A program made the translations under genes and the position numbers. A model generated the notes under the pieces. That model saw only the letters and a program-made list of their open reading frames with translations. It was not told the DNA's origin and did not search any database. Shown here piece after piece: positions 33,410 through 54,709 of a DNA stretch of 64,000 nt (position 1 is the stretch's first letter; each line of letters opens with the position of its first letter). Source of the DNA: the human T2T-CHM13v2.0 reference genome, Homo sapiens; assembly GCF_009914755.1 (NCBI RefSeq), contig NC_060933.1, one strand, 5' to 3'.

Positions 33410-33702
33410 TCATCCGTCATGGTAGCCACAGCCACGTGTGGCAGTGAGCACTGGAAATGTGGCTGATCTCAATGCAGATGTGCTACCAGTGTGAGAACTG
33501 GAAGACTCGGCACACAAAATATCTCAGTAATTATGTACTGCTGGTTAGACGTTTAAATGCTAGTATTTTTGGCACATTAGTCTCACTGTGCTATATTTTA
33601 AAAATCAGTGTTACCTGTGTATACTTTCTGTGTTTAATGTGGCTACGGGAAAATTTAAATTTCCATTTGTGGCTTGGATTCTCTTTCTGGGGGCTGTGCT
33701 GG
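33410..33702 (+). mobile_element. MER33 (hAT-Charlie)
   Basis: atggtagccacagccacgtgtggc...gaaatgtggct...tttaatgtggctacgggaaaatttaaat...gtggct. Confidence 0.75.
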
Positions 33703-34241
33703 TGTCCATATAACTGGGTGCTGTTTGTCCGCTAACAGATAGGCCCACAGGCACACTACTGTCCTGGTTTGCAGCCCAGTGCCAGCCCCTTTGTGGCTTT
33801 CTCATTCATCTGGTACACAAACCCTTCCCAAACTACTCCTTGTCCAGCCCACGCTTCTTTAGGAGGAGCTAACCAGAGCCCCAGTTCCTTCACTTCATTT
33901 GCTTCGGTTGCATGTGGCTTTATTCAGCTGGAGACCATGATCCTGAAGAGGGTCTCTGCCGGGGCTGCGGAGAGGGGCCTGCGTGGGGCTGTGCAGCTAT
34001 GTCTTCCGTTCCCTCTGGCCTCGCACCACCTGCAATCTTGCCTTTCCTGCCCCTTGCTGTTGCAAGAATGCAAACGTATACTCCCTCCCTCCTCCTCTTG
34101 CTGACCTAGTCTAGGATGTCTAGGTGACCTGGGCATAACCTCTTGAATTCTGACTGTTCACCTTCCATTTTTACCAACTCAGGCATTTTTCTGCCGAAAT
34201 ACAATAGATTTCTCTTCTCTTTTGATCAAAACTCTGTGATA

Positions 34242-34551
<310 letters not shown>

Positions 34552-34714
34552 AACTCTGTGATAGTGTGAATGGATGCTCCTCCCCAAATCTTTAAGCAGT
34601 TTCCCACTAATAGACATTTAATTTTGTTTGTTATTATAAAAATGCTTCAATGAATGTCCTTAGGCACAATTTGGGGCATTCGTGAGTAGATCTGCAGAAT
34701 AAAATTAGAGATGA

Positions 34715-35034
<320 letters not shown>

Positions 35035-35535
35035 ATGTGTGTATAAAAAGTTGTTAGATATAAGCTACTCACTGTGACTTCTAAACGACCTTTGGAAAAT
35101 ATTCATAATTTTAAGAAATCTGGTCATTTTCTCAGTAACTTCAAATAGTTTTCTGGAGAATGAGGATCATAAGAACAAATACTTCCTTTTAAAAATCCAC
35201 TTCATATTTTTATGATAAGGACAAAATTGTCAACTCTTGTTTAATTTTACCACACATGGACAAAAATGGCAATTTTGCAAGGAAATCCTAAAATAACCTG
35301 ACCCTAAAACACTTTTTCTCATCTGAATATTTAAGTGTACTTTGATTTTATAAAGTGCCCTATTTGTCTTTTCACTTTGTTAGTTAAACGTTATAACATC
35401 TGCACCCTTACGAACTGGTCTTAACAACTGTTATTTCAATTTAGGTTTTCCTGTGCGCTTAAGAAGACCCGTAGAGGAGAATTACCTCTGTGTTAAAAAA
35501 CCAAAACAAAACAAAACAAAAAACCTGTGTCATCT

Positions 35536-35848
<313 letters not shown>

Positions 35849-36080
35849 TCAATGCACTTCTTTTCCATCTAGAAGCCCCTTCAAATGTGCAGAAGCCCCT
35901 GGGTGCATCCTGAGGCACTGGGATTGTGCAGTGGGCTCCCCCACAGTGGACACAGTTTAGGGAGTTGGTTAGCCTTGCGCTCTGTTTTTGGAGCTTTGCA
36001 AATTGAAAGAAACCCTGTTTATTTTCCTGACTTGCTTAAGAATAAAGACACTCAGGTCATTTTTGTTAACTTTACATCTA

Positions 36081-36477
<397 letters not shown>

Positions 36478-37099
36478 TCAAAATCCCCAAAGTATGTTAA
36501 TACCACAAAATAGTAGTGATTTTAAACATACAGAAGGGAAATTTTTATAGCAACTGTCACTGAGTCATTTTACAAACAGAAGAATATGAAATTACCCTAA
36601 TGCACATGCATAGTAATCCAGTGTTTTAAGAAGAAACCACCATTTTAAAGTCCTAATGCTATGTATGGTATTTTCAACAGGAATGAAAATGGAACGAAGC
36701 CAATAAGAGTTAAATTGATGGCCAGAATGAGTGTCCTGGTTATTTTTATTAATAAAAATCCCCATTTGTGACAAAACAATTGAAATTCAGTTTAACCTCC
36801 AGCATGAAAACACTGCTGGCCTCTCCCACTGGGCTGCCAGCTGTCTGGCCTATGTCCTGGTCATCAAAGCCAGCAAAGTGTGGCTTCTCTTTCTTAGGGC
36901 CAGGTGGTTTGTGAGTTAGTGAAAAACTAAGGATGGGGATAGAGGAACAGGTTAAAGTCCACCTAGAGGAAGTAACTGGCCAGATTCCTAGTGTGAACAA
37001 GGCTTTTGGGCAACCACCAAGGAAGTGTCCACAAGTCTGTGGCATAAATAACTGGGGGCAGGAATGGGGGCAGTGGAGACTCTTATAGATTACAGACCT

Positions 37100-37474
37100 A
37101 AAAAAAAGAGGCTTTGGAGGTATACTAACCAAACACAAAGGGTGGACCTTGTTTGAATCCTAATTTGAACAAATCAATTGTAAAAACATATTTCACAGAC
37201 AGTTGGGGCAATAATATAATATTGCGCTCTGTTTTTGGAGCTTTGCAAATTGGCTATTTTTGTTATGTGTGAAAAGTTAATTTTATAAGAAGTATCAATG
37301 GGTGGAATGACACCATGTCTGGGATTTGCTTTAGAATGTTCCAGCAAAATGTTGGCATGTGCCTGTAATCCTAGCTACTCGAGAATCCAAGGCAGAGGGG
37401 CCTGGCCTCAATTCTGCTTGAGCTCAGAAGTTCAAGACCAGCCTGGGCAACACAGTGAGACCCTGTCTCAAAAA

Positions 37475-37512
<38 letters not shown>

Positions 37513-37710
37513 GAATGTTCCAGCAAAATGCATCAATAAGCAGATACATAAATGGTGCAGGAGTACTCGAGGAATCCAGGATGGGCGGGGGTAGAGCAGA
37601 TGAAGCCATATAGCAAGGTACAGTTGGTGGTTGAAGCTACGGAAGGGATAACTGGGATCCCTGCCCTCTGCTTTTGTGCATTTTTGGAAAATTTGTAAAT
37701 AGCCTTAACA
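37100..37710 (+). mobile_element. Old L1ME/L1MC 3' fragment
   Basis: tggaccttgtttgaatcctaatttgaacaaa..., atgtctgggatttgcttt, ttggtggttgaagct. Confidence 0.65.
37352..37513 (+). mobile_element. FLAM-like Alu monomer
   Basis: TSD agaatgttccagcaaaatg. Confidence 0.85.
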
Positions 37711-38046
37711 ACCCCCATTTATTAAATGCCTGCCAGGTACAGAGCACAATGCCACCTCCCGGGATACCTCCCACCCAGTTCCTCAATCCCCAGCCATGTT
37801 CCCAAGCCAGATGACCCTGGAGGGCTCTGCTGGCTGGGACTGGGGTGAAGAGGATCGAGGGATAGCAGGGTGACCCAAAATTAGCATCAGGAAAAGTGTA
37901 TTCCTTAAAGTAAAAAGCATCAATAAGCATAAAAGAATGAAGAAAGTAATGACTTCATTAGTTGATGATAAAAAGGAGCACCTTGTAAAGAATATATAAT
38001 AATCCTATCTGTAGATACAAAATATACCTTCAAAATATATAAAACA

Positions 38047-38484
<438 letters not shown>

Positions 38485-38652
38485 TCAAAAAGGGCACAGA
38501 AGATTTGAACAATATAATTAATGAGCTTAATATAAGGACAGGCATAGATCCCTGCACCAAAAGGGATCTATGCCTGTCCTTATATCAAGCTCATTCATTA
38601 TATGTAGCTCATATATTAATTATGTGTAGGTAACATACACAATTGTCCCTGT

Positions 38653-39159
38653 TGTTAGATATGAGTTCTAAATTTCTTTTCAAATAATTAATATGTCAGT
38701 ACGTTCAATTCTTTGCCTTCTACTTTTAAACTTAACTTCCTCATAAAGCAACCTTTTTCGATTACCTACTCCACCCTGACTCATTCCAATCACCTGCTCC
38801 ACCCTAACTCATTCCAATCACCTGCTCCACCCTAGCTCATTACGATTACCTGCTACCTGCTCTGCCCTGACTCCCACCAAAGCACTCACCTTGTCATTCT
38901 CTTTAAATTAGCCAATCGGAATTAGTTTAGCCGGTGCGGTCTAACCCTAGCCAATAGGGGAAGGACACAGCAGCAGGGGCCACGTGCCTCTGGGATAAGA
39001 ACCCCTTCCCCTCCCTTGTCCAAGTGTGCGCTCACCATTTCTCCATCTGTAAGGGCGCACCCTTCTATAGAAGTACCTTGCCTTGCTGAGAATTAAAAAG
39101 AAAATCTTATATTCGAGTGCTATTTATTTTGTGGCACCAAAACTTTATATATAATAACA
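38653..39159 (+). mobile_element. LTR10 (LTR10A/F-type) solo LTR
   Basis: TGttagatatgagttctaaatttcttttcaaa...aactttatatataataaCA; internal 28-bp tandem repeat ccaccctgactcattccaatcacctgct. Confidence 0.9.
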
Positions 39160-39450
39160 CTCAGTATCCACAGGGTACCAAAGTCAGGCAAGCTGATAGA
39201 AGAAACAAACAATTTAAAGCAGAGTATCCAATTATGGATAAAGTAAATATTTTAATAGTTATGAGAGAATACTATGAATATTTTATACCTTTGAATTAAA
39301 GCCTTAGACAAAATGGACAGCTTTCTAGAAAAATCAGTGACCAAAACTCATTGAATAAAACAGAAAACCTGAATAGACCTTTAACTGTTAAATGAACGGA
39401 ATCACCAAAAATGTATCCACAGAAACAAAACAAAAGGCAAGCCAAGATGA

Positions 39451-40611
<1,161 letters not shown>

Positions 40612-41043
40612 AATTCATTCCATGAGGCTAAGATTTTCTTGATGCCAAGTGAATAGTGACAGTCTAGGGGTACCTCTTATGTTCCTGTTACTTATAAACA
40701 GAGGTGCTAATAGCCTTTGAACATCTTTGTTTATAGAGAATGAAGGATTTGAACCTAAGGGTTGAGGAGAAGGTGTAGGGGAAGAATAAATGAGTAAAAG
40801 CATTTTAAAGTTTTTAATTCAGTTGGGTTAGATTTTTTTTTAAGTAAAAGATTTCTAAAGTCTTATCTCTTGAAAACAATATTTTGATCTGCAGTAGGAT
40901 AGATCCTAAGGACTAAAGAACCACAAAGAAATTTTAAGTTTTATTCCAATGACTTAATTTTAGTAGTAAGATTGCTATTGTTATTTGGAAACTATTACAT
41001 TTATACTGTAGAATAAAATAAATCAGTAATTTTTGATCATTTA

Positions 41044-41917
<874 letters not shown>

Positions 41918-42233
41918 TTAGAAATATCAGAATGAACTCAGGATTTATTTTTCTCTTTTTACAACATAAATGTTTCCTAGTTCTGGCCATGAAAACACTT
42001 AGAAGCCATGATAACCCAGTAGCAATGAGCACTTCTGTCAGAGGTGCGTGAACCAGAGCAACTCCATCTTAAACAGGAGCTGGGTGAGATAAGACTGAAA
42101 CCTACTGGGCTGCATTCCCAGATGGTTAAGGCATTCTGAGTCACAGGATAAGATAGGAGGTCAGCACAAAATACAGGTCACAAAGGCCTTGCTGATAAAA
42201 CAGCTTGCAGTAAAGGAGCCGGCCGAAACCCAC

Positions 42234-42601
42234 TGTCAACGTGCATCCGTGTGAAGAGACCACCAAACAGGCTTTCTGTGAGCAATAAAGCTTTTTAATC
42301 ACCTGGGTGCAGGTGGGCTGAGTCCGAAAAGAGAGTCAGCAAAGGGAGCTAGGGGTGGGTCAGTTTTATAGGATTTGAGTAGGTAGTGGAAAATTACAGT
42401 CAAAGGGGGTTGTTCCCTGGCGGGCAGGGGCAGGGGTCACAAGGTACTCAGTGGGGGAGCTTCTGAGCCAGGAGAAGAAATTTCACAAGGTAATGTCATC
42501 AGTTAAGGCAGGAACTGGCCATTTTAACTTCTTTTGTGATTCTTCAGTTGCTTCAGGCTATCTGGTTGTATACGTGCAGGCTTGGGCTCAGAGGCCTGAC
42601 A
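42234..42601 (-). mobile_element. LTR7 (HERV-H) solo LTR
   Basis: Reverse complement begins tgtcaggcctctgagcccaagc and ends ctcttcacacggatgcacgttgaca; 5-bp TSD cccac at 42229-42233 and 42602-42606. Confidence 0.93.
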
Positions 42602-42741
42602 CCCACTAAAACCAAAATGGCTACGAGAGTGACTTCTGGTCATCCTCACTGCTACGCTCCCACCAGCGCCGTGGCATTTACAAATGCCATGGAACATCAG
42701 GAAGTTGCCCTATATGGCCTAAAAAGGGGAGGCATGAATAA

Positions 42742-43132
<391 letters not shown>

Positions 43133-43306
43133 CATTGGAGTAGCCGTTCTTTTATTCCTCTACTTTCTTAACAAACTTGCTTTCACTTTGCACTGTGGAC
43201 TCGCCCTGAATTCTTTCTTACATGAGACCCAGGAACCCTCTCTTGGGGTCTGGATGGGGACCTCTGTCATGTAACACTTCTAATTCTCTAATGATTTGGT
43301 TGCTAA

Positions 43307-43751
<445 letters not shown>

Positions 43752-44323
43752 TCTGGGTCATTTTAGAAGGACACAGCTAATTTGAAAGGAGTCCTACTGG
43801 CCAAAGAAATGATTTGAACATTAGAAAGAAAAACTGCTACAATGGATCAAAGCACATCAAATTTATAAAATGCCATATGTATTAATAAAAATATTTAATA
43901 AAATGCATTAGCTCCCTTTCAAGGTTGGTGGGTGTCACTCATTTTGAAAATCCATAAAGAGTCAAACATGTATCCAGCTTTTTCTGCATGAACGGCACCT
44001 CAGGGAAACCATACCAGAGGAGGGAAAGGTCTTCTTTATGGAAAAATGTCAGTGCAGAAAGCTAAAGGGAGGATTGGATTAGGAAGTCACCATGTTAAAC
44101 AGGCTGAAGTAACAGATTGAGACAAAAATAATCAGTGGATGCTAAAGCCGTAGGTGAAATTTTGAGGAAAACTTTTAAAGGACAGAGCAGGTTGACAACA
44201 CCTGAAACCACTGATCAGTTTTGATGGAAGCGATGCTGTGGGAAGCACTCAGCATCACCTAAGAGGTAGCTCACCAATAAAAGAAAAAAAAAATCAACCC
44301 TCTAGTTTATTTTTTTAATTTAA

Positions 44324-44724
<401 letters not shown>

Positions 44725-44833
44725 TAAGCTAAACAACTCGGCTTCTTCAGTGAGTAAACAGTATGGGGAAAAGTAGCGGGGGAGGCTTTAATACATTGAA
44801 AGAGGCCTGGAGACTGATCAACCACATTTTGTT

Positions 44834-45136
44834 CCTTCCTTCCTTCCTTCCTTCCTTCCTTCCTTCCTTCCTTCCTTCCCTCCCTCCCTCCTTCCTTCCT
44901 TTCTTTCTTTTTGAGACAGGGTCTCAGTCAGTCACCCAGGCTGGAGTGCATTGGTGCAGTCTCACTGCAACCTCTGCTTCCCAAGTTCAAGCCATTCTCC
45001 CGCCTCAGCCTCCTGAGTAGCTGGGACTACAGGCATGCGCCACCACACCAGGCTGGTCTTGAACTCCTGACCTCAAATGATCCGCCCACCTTGGCCTCTC
45101 AAGGTGTTGGGTTTACAGGTGTGAACCCAACCTAGC
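44834..45136 (-). mobile_element. Alu with internal deletion and (CCTT)n tail
   Basis: Tail expanded into a (CTTC)n microsatellite at ~44833-44910. Confidence 0.88.
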
Positions 45137-45143
45137 CAACCAC

Positions 45144-45917
45144 TTTTTTTTTTTATACTCTAAGTTCTGGGGTACATGTGCAGAATGTGCAGGTTTGTCA
45201 CATAAGTATACACATGCCATGGTAGTTTGTGGCACCCATCAACCCGTCATATACATTAGGTATTCCTCCTAATGCTATCCCTCCCCTAGTCCCCCACCCC
45301 CCGACAAGCCCCAGTGTGTGATGTTCCCCTCCCTGTGTCCATGTGTTCTCATTGTTCAGTTCCCACTTTTGAGTGAGAACATGCGGTGTTTGGTTTTTTG
45401 TTCTTGTGTTAGTTTGCTGAGAATGATGGTTTCCAGCTTCATCCATGTCCCTGCAAAGGACATGAACTCATCCTTTTTCATGGCTGCACAGTATTCCATG
45501 GTATATATGTGCCACCTTTTCTTTATCCAGTCTATCATTGATGGGCATTTGGGTTGGTTCCAAGTCTTTGCTATTGTGAACAGTACCACAATAAACATAC
45601 GTGTGCGTGTGTCTTTATAGTAGAATTATTTATAATCCTTTGGGTATATATCCAGTAATGGGATTGCTGGGTCAAATGGTAATTCTAGTTCTAGATCCTT
45701 GAGGAATCGCCACACTGTCTTCCACCATGGCTGAACTAATTTACACTCCCTCCAACAGTGTAAAAGCATTCCTATTTCTCCACATCTTCTCCAGCATCTG
45801 TTGTTTCCTGCCTTTTTAATGATCGCCATTCAAATTGGCGTGAGATGGTATCTCATTGTGGTTTTGATTTGCATTTCTCTAATGATCAGTGATGATGACT
45901 TTTTTCATATGTTTGTT
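45144..45917 (-). mobile_element. L1PA 3' end (~770 bp, 5'-truncated)
   Basis: Minus-strand ORFs match the L1 ORF2 C-terminus (MFIVVLFTIAKTWNQPKCPS..., NNRCWR...LVQP); poly-T at 45144. Confidence 0.95.
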
Positions 45918-46176
45918 CAACCAACCACATTTAATGAGTGGTTTTCTTTGGGTCCTCACTTGAGCAAACCAAGTGTAAAAAAAAAAGACTTTTTAACCTT
46001 TTAACCTTTGAAACTTGGGAGAATTTGAACATGAGGAATTGCCATTGAGTAAACTGCAACCTACTTTGCCACTGGATGTTATTAAAGAATTATTTTACTT
46101 TTTAGTAGGTGTGGTAATGGCACTGTAGTTAAATTTTTTAAAAGAGTCTTATATGTTTAGAGATAACATACTGGAG

Positions 46177-47174
<998 letters not shown>

Positions 47175-47652
47175 TGTTTATGGATGGTTAAAAAAGGGCT
47201 CATCTCAATTGAGAAGACGTGTCAGGTGAATAAAATATCTTGTGGGGGGCAGGTAGCCAATCCCTTGCTTGGATCTAAGAGTAGAGAAAACGTGGGTTAG
47301 ACACAGCCATCAGGAAAGGGATCATGGAATATTCAGGAACATCCCTGCTTTCTGGTGACAGGATGTCCCTACTAGTGGATCCCAATTCTGGCCTGATCAC
47401 TGGCATCCAGGGGCCGTCTCAGCAGAAGCACAGAATAGGGGCTGGTTACCCACTATGGGGCCTCTTTCCCCTTCAGAAAAGTCTTCAGTTCCATAAGAAC
47501 TAAAGTCAGCCACAGATGTTTAGACACCCATGTGCAGGATTTCTGAGCCTGAATTCTCCAGTGACCCTGGCCGTGGATGCTGACTCCCGACCTGAATTCC
47601 TTTGGGGGCTCAGATGTGGGGCGGAGCTGGTTTCTGCCCCTTGCTATGATCT

Positions 47653-48969
<1,317 letters not shown>

Positions 48970-49805
48970 ACCTGGTTGCGGGATCCCCAGGCCCTAGTGC
49001 CCATGGGGTCCTGGTCTCCACTCCTCCCCATACCCCCAACAGTGGGCCATGCTGATGGTTATGCTATACGCTTTAGGACCTCACTGCACCCGGGGTCAGG
49101 ACTTAAACATCAGCTGTTTGTCTGGTGGAATGAACAAAACTTTTCCATTTCAGGTGGTAGCACATAGACAGAAATTCTTGTGATTTAATGTTTTTCATCC
49201 TGCCAGGGAAAACCATTTTCCCTTTAGAGACGCTTGTCCTGACAACCTATTTGTTTTCTCAAAGCAGTGATATTTCCAGAATTTGTAAGTGCCTGTGTTG
49301 GGGGAGGAGGGCTGATTGGAAAGGAGAATGGGGACGCGCAGAAAGAGGAATGAGCTTCCCACAATGATTTCTGATATGAAGAGAAGGTAAAAAGGTAATA
49401 CAGTTTAGAGTTTTCTCTTTTACCTTCAAAAAGAGCATTACATTATCTTGGGTCTTTTATGTAATCCTCTCTCAGGTTGCTAATTAGGGGGTGATTTCAT
49501 CGCTGAGCTGCTCTCCAGAAGCCCTGTTGCTTGGGCTTGGAGACTGCTTTGAAAGCTGAAGTTTGTAAATGTGGCTTAGCTGGAGAAGTGCCCCCACAGA
49601 GGCCGTGGCTCTGAGCTGAGCTCAGCGCTTCACAGAGAGGAAGTAGCTTTCCGATTCCACCCACTGAGCCAGTGCACTTGCAGCAACTGCAGGGCTTAGA
49701 GCATCCTTCAAACCCAAACCCAAAGGCATATGAATGTGGGTTTCTCTCTTTAAAAAATGGGACTATTTTACAACAGCTATAATTTGGGGATGAAAGTGTC
49801 AAATA

Positions 49806-50094
49806 GCCAGGTGCGGTGGCTCACACCTGTAATCCCAGCACTTTGGGAGGCCAAAGCAGGTGAATCACGAGGTCAGGAGATGGAGACCATCCTGGCCAAC
49901 GTCGTGAAAGCCCGTCTCTACTAAGAATACAAAAAATTTAGCCGAGCGTGGTGGCACGTGCCTGTAATTCTAGCTACTCGGGAGGCTGAGGCAGGAGAAT
50001 CGCTTGAACCAGGGAGTCAGAGGTTGCAGTGAGCTGAAATTGCGCCACTGCACTCCAGTCTTGTGACAGAGACTCTATCTCAAAAAAAAAAAAA
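49806..50094 (+). mobile_element. AluSc-like
   Basis: TSD agtgtcaaata. Confidence 0.93.
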
Positions 50095-50811
50095 TCAGTG
50101 TCAAATAGTTTACTGGCACGGACAACATACAGGAAGCCTCATATCAGTTAAGGAAGGCCAGTTGAGTGTCTTCCAGAAAGTCACCCCCAAAGGAAGAAGG
50201 AGAGAAGGAGCCTCTCCTAACCTGAGTGCCGGGAAGGAGCAGGGCAGATTCAGGGGAGCCCAGACCAGGTCATACATTGGAGAGATGACCCGAGGGGCCG
50301 CTCATTTTCGTCTTTTTCTCAGACAACTGGTCACTCCCCAGGGTTTGACTCTTTCATCCTCAAAGCAAGTTAAAATAAAGGCAGAGCCAGATGACGACCC
50401 ATCTTATTTATTTATTTAACTTTCACTGCTTTACAAATGTCCATTTTTGTGAGGAGGTTCTGGGACCATCCCACTCTCTCCAAGAGCCTCTAACTCCCCT
50501 TTATCCTGGCCAGCCCATGAGATCCTCCCTCTGGAAAGGGACAGGGTCACGCAGCTGTGTGGCTCTGCGGAACCCCAAATCCTGTCTGCTCCACAGTTGA
50601 CTGCACCCTCCCTTCTGTGTGGCCAGTGGGGAGGAAGACAGAGGACATTGGTCCTGTCCTTGAGGGCCCAATCTAGACGCTGGCCTAGGCCACATTGGGT
50701 GGGTGGCACCTAACCTGGGGCTGTGGTTGGAGAGGCTCTCTTGGATTGGGCTGGTTAGAAGCGACACCTGCCCTGTCACACAGTACCTGAGATGAGCATT
50801 TGAGTATGAAC

Positions 50812-51140
<329 letters not shown>

Positions 51141-52009
51141 TAATATTTGGAGCGATCTCAGGTAACACAACCAGAGAGTGGGGCAGTAGGGCCAGCGACA
51201 GGGGAACCTTCAACAGGTAAACTGTAAGGCAAAGAAAGAGATGGACTTGGACAAATGGATAGAAACAGTGTCTAGGGATGCGGCCAGGGTGACACACCAG
51301 GAAGAAATGTGAGGGGGCGATTTCCAGGGACATCAGGATGTGGCCACCTTCCTGGGGAGGGAGGGAGCTTGGGAAAGCCTCTGGATGGGGGAAAAGCTTC
51401 TTTATGACCTGGGTGAGGAGTGCAGGGATATTCCTCTTAAGGTAACTCATTCAGCTGTATGTTTGTTTTATGTGGTTTTCTGAATCTCATTTTTATTTTA
51501 CAATCAAAGCTGGAAGAAACACATGGATGAGATCAGGAAAAAATGGGGAGGCCTGAGAAAATGTCTATGCGTAGGCTGCTGGAATGTGTCCTTTCTAGGG
51601 AGGTCTAGCAGACTTTCTATGCTACAGAGATTTTACACAAAAAAGCTCTTGCCTTTTGTCTTTGACTTGGGTACCGAAGAGTTGAAATGATTTCCTATAA
51701 CTATGAATTATGCCCTGCTTCCTGGTTTAATTGCTTTTTGCTGAAGTTGATACAAAGATGAATGAGTCTGATAACGTGGTGGTTTCTCATCATCCAAATG
51801 CAGGTGGCTTGAGGCCTCCAGGTTTGGTCTAAGGTGAAGTCACGTGTTCTCAGGTGAGCCTCTAAGACCCTGGGCATTTGCACATGATAAAAATGGCCCA
51901 GGAAGGAGCCCAGGGAGTCCTGTATCCCTAATGACCTTTCGTGTGGCATGGAGGCATCTTAGCCATGGTACCCTCCACCCCAGGGGCTGGCCTTTAAGAA
52001 TTCATCAAA

Positions 52010-52328
<319 letters not shown>

Positions 52329-52591
52329 CAAATCTCTTAAAAGCAAGTAACTGGCCAGGAGTGGGGGAGGGAGGGGACATGGACAAACATTCTGATAAAA
52401 TGATAAAACAATGACAGGTCTCAAAAGTTGAATACTATTGGGTTATACTCAGGGGATACAAATTCAAAGGAAAAAGTTCCAAGTCAAAAGCTGTGTGGGT
52501 CAATGGAGTCCCCCACCTCACCCTGACATGAACAGCTATTTCCTGTTGACACAATTTTTGTACAGCTCCTTCTTTCTTCAAATTTCCCCTC

Positions 52592-52874
52592 GGCCGGGCA
52601 CAGTGGCTCACGCCTGTAATCCCAGCACTTTAGGAGGCTGAGGCAGGTGGATCACGAGGTCAGGAGATTGAGACCCCGGTGAAACCCCGTCTCTACTAAA
52701 AAAAATACAAAAAATTAGCCGGGCGCGGTGGTGGGCGCCTGTAGTCCCAGATACTCGGAAGGGTGAGGGAGGAGAATGGCGTGAACCCAGGAGGCGGAGC
52801 TTGCGGTGAGCCAAGATCGCGCCACTGCACTCCAGCCTGGGCGACAGAGCGAGAGTCCGTCTCAAAAAAAAAAA
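52592..52874 (+). mobile_element. AluY
   Basis: gaatggcgtgaaccc, ggagcttgc; TSD aaatttcccctc. Confidence 0.95.
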
Positions 52875-53350
52875 ATTTCCCCTCACATGAAATGAGGTCT
52901 TTGGAGATGACTTAAATTGGAGAAATAATACATTTTATGAGGATGTGATAGGACTTGGGGCATGAACATCCCCTCTGGGTCAGCAGTCAGGTGTTTCGGC
53001 TCCAAGCAACAGAAAGTCTTTCTCAGAGGGGACAGGGGATGGCGGGGGGTCGGGGGGCGGTGTATATAGGTTCTTTTAAAAAGGTCCAAGAGCAGGTTTG
53101 GCTCTAGAAACGAAATAGGCATAACCCAAGGGTGGGGCCCTGCCCTGCACTCTGCAAGCCACCACCCTGGCCATTCCCACTGAGTGACCTCTTCCCTGTT
53201 ACAGGGGGAGAGAAGCCTCTCATGGACTGAGCCCATGACTGTGCCAGGCTGCGACTGCAGAGTGAGGGAGGAGCAAAGGAGGCTTCCACGAGCGGGCAAG
53301 ACCTAGCCCCGAGTCCTAGAGGGGCCATTCATGGGGTTTGGAAGCTGGGA

Positions 53351-53455
53351 CACACATGCATATATATACACTCATATAACCCTTATGCACATGTACATAC
53401 ACACACAACACTCATATACACACCACCACACACACACTTACGTACAGATGCATGC
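53351..53455. repeat. (CA/TA)-rich low-complexity tract
   Basis: cacacatgcatatatatacactcata...cacacacac. Confidence 0.8.
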
Positions 53456-53477
53456 TACGTTAAAGACTGAATTTTCT

Positions 53478-53610
53478 TCTTTTTTGTTTTTGTAGAGATG
53501 GGGCGGTCTTGCTATGTTGCCCAGGCTGGTCTCGAACTCCTGGGCTTAAGTGATCCTCCTGCCTTGATCTAACAAATTGCTGAGATTTGGGCATGAGCCG
53601 CTGCACCTGG
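53478..53610 (-). mobile_element. FLAM
   Basis: Monomer; TSD gactgaattttc. Confidence 0.85.
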
Positions 53611-53948
53611 ACTGAATTTTCAACCGTGGGTTAGGACTATAGGGTTTTTGTGATTTTCTGACTTGGCGATGGTAGTTCTCTGGTCAGGCTTAACAGATAA
53701 CTGAATGGTGTCTATATCAAGGGTTTTGTTCTGAAATGAAAAGGCCTTCGGGCTAGGGGGCTTGCTGCTGTCATCATTAGGAGTAGCTGGCGTGGTTAGT
53801 TTTGGGGAGTGTGATGAAGTGACGGTGACTGTTGGAAATATCTGTAGGATGCTGCTGGAAAAATGCTGGAAAAGCAGAACAAAACAGAACACCAAAAACA
53901 AAAGCCCTGGGCATCTGGTAAACATGTTTTCAAAAATACAAGCTATAG

Positions 53949-54283
<335 letters not shown>

Positions 54284-54709
54284 CAGAGAGTGGGTGATTT
54301 TAATGTGACAAGTTATGTTTGCAGAGCAGACAGTCATGGCTTGTTCCCTCTGCATTTCCACCCTTCCTTGTGTTACCAAGAGTCCTGCCAATTGAACCTC
54401 TTGTCCCCATACAGTCTGTTCTGTCGTGCCCTACCTGGGCCGTGGGGTTTATCTCCTAGGAAACCCCCATAGGGGTTTGACCAGCTCCTGCTTCCTGGGC
54501 AACAGTGTGCCCAGCCCTAGAACTTGACAGTGGGGTCGGCTGTCTGCACCCAGTGACAGCCACCCTCATGGTGGCCCAACTGAGAAGCTCACTCTTCCCT
54601 CTCCCAACCTGCTGTGGCCCCGCTCCTGCCACCTCTTTCAAGGACCAGCCTCCTTACAAAGTCTTTCCCAGTCCTGCCCCTTGAAGAAACTCTCCTTCCT
54701 CCACACCTC

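Noticed and set aside
45198-45829. ORFs with L1 ORF2 C-terminal similarity
   Set aside because: 5'-truncated, frameshifted L1PA remnant; not retrotransposition-competent.
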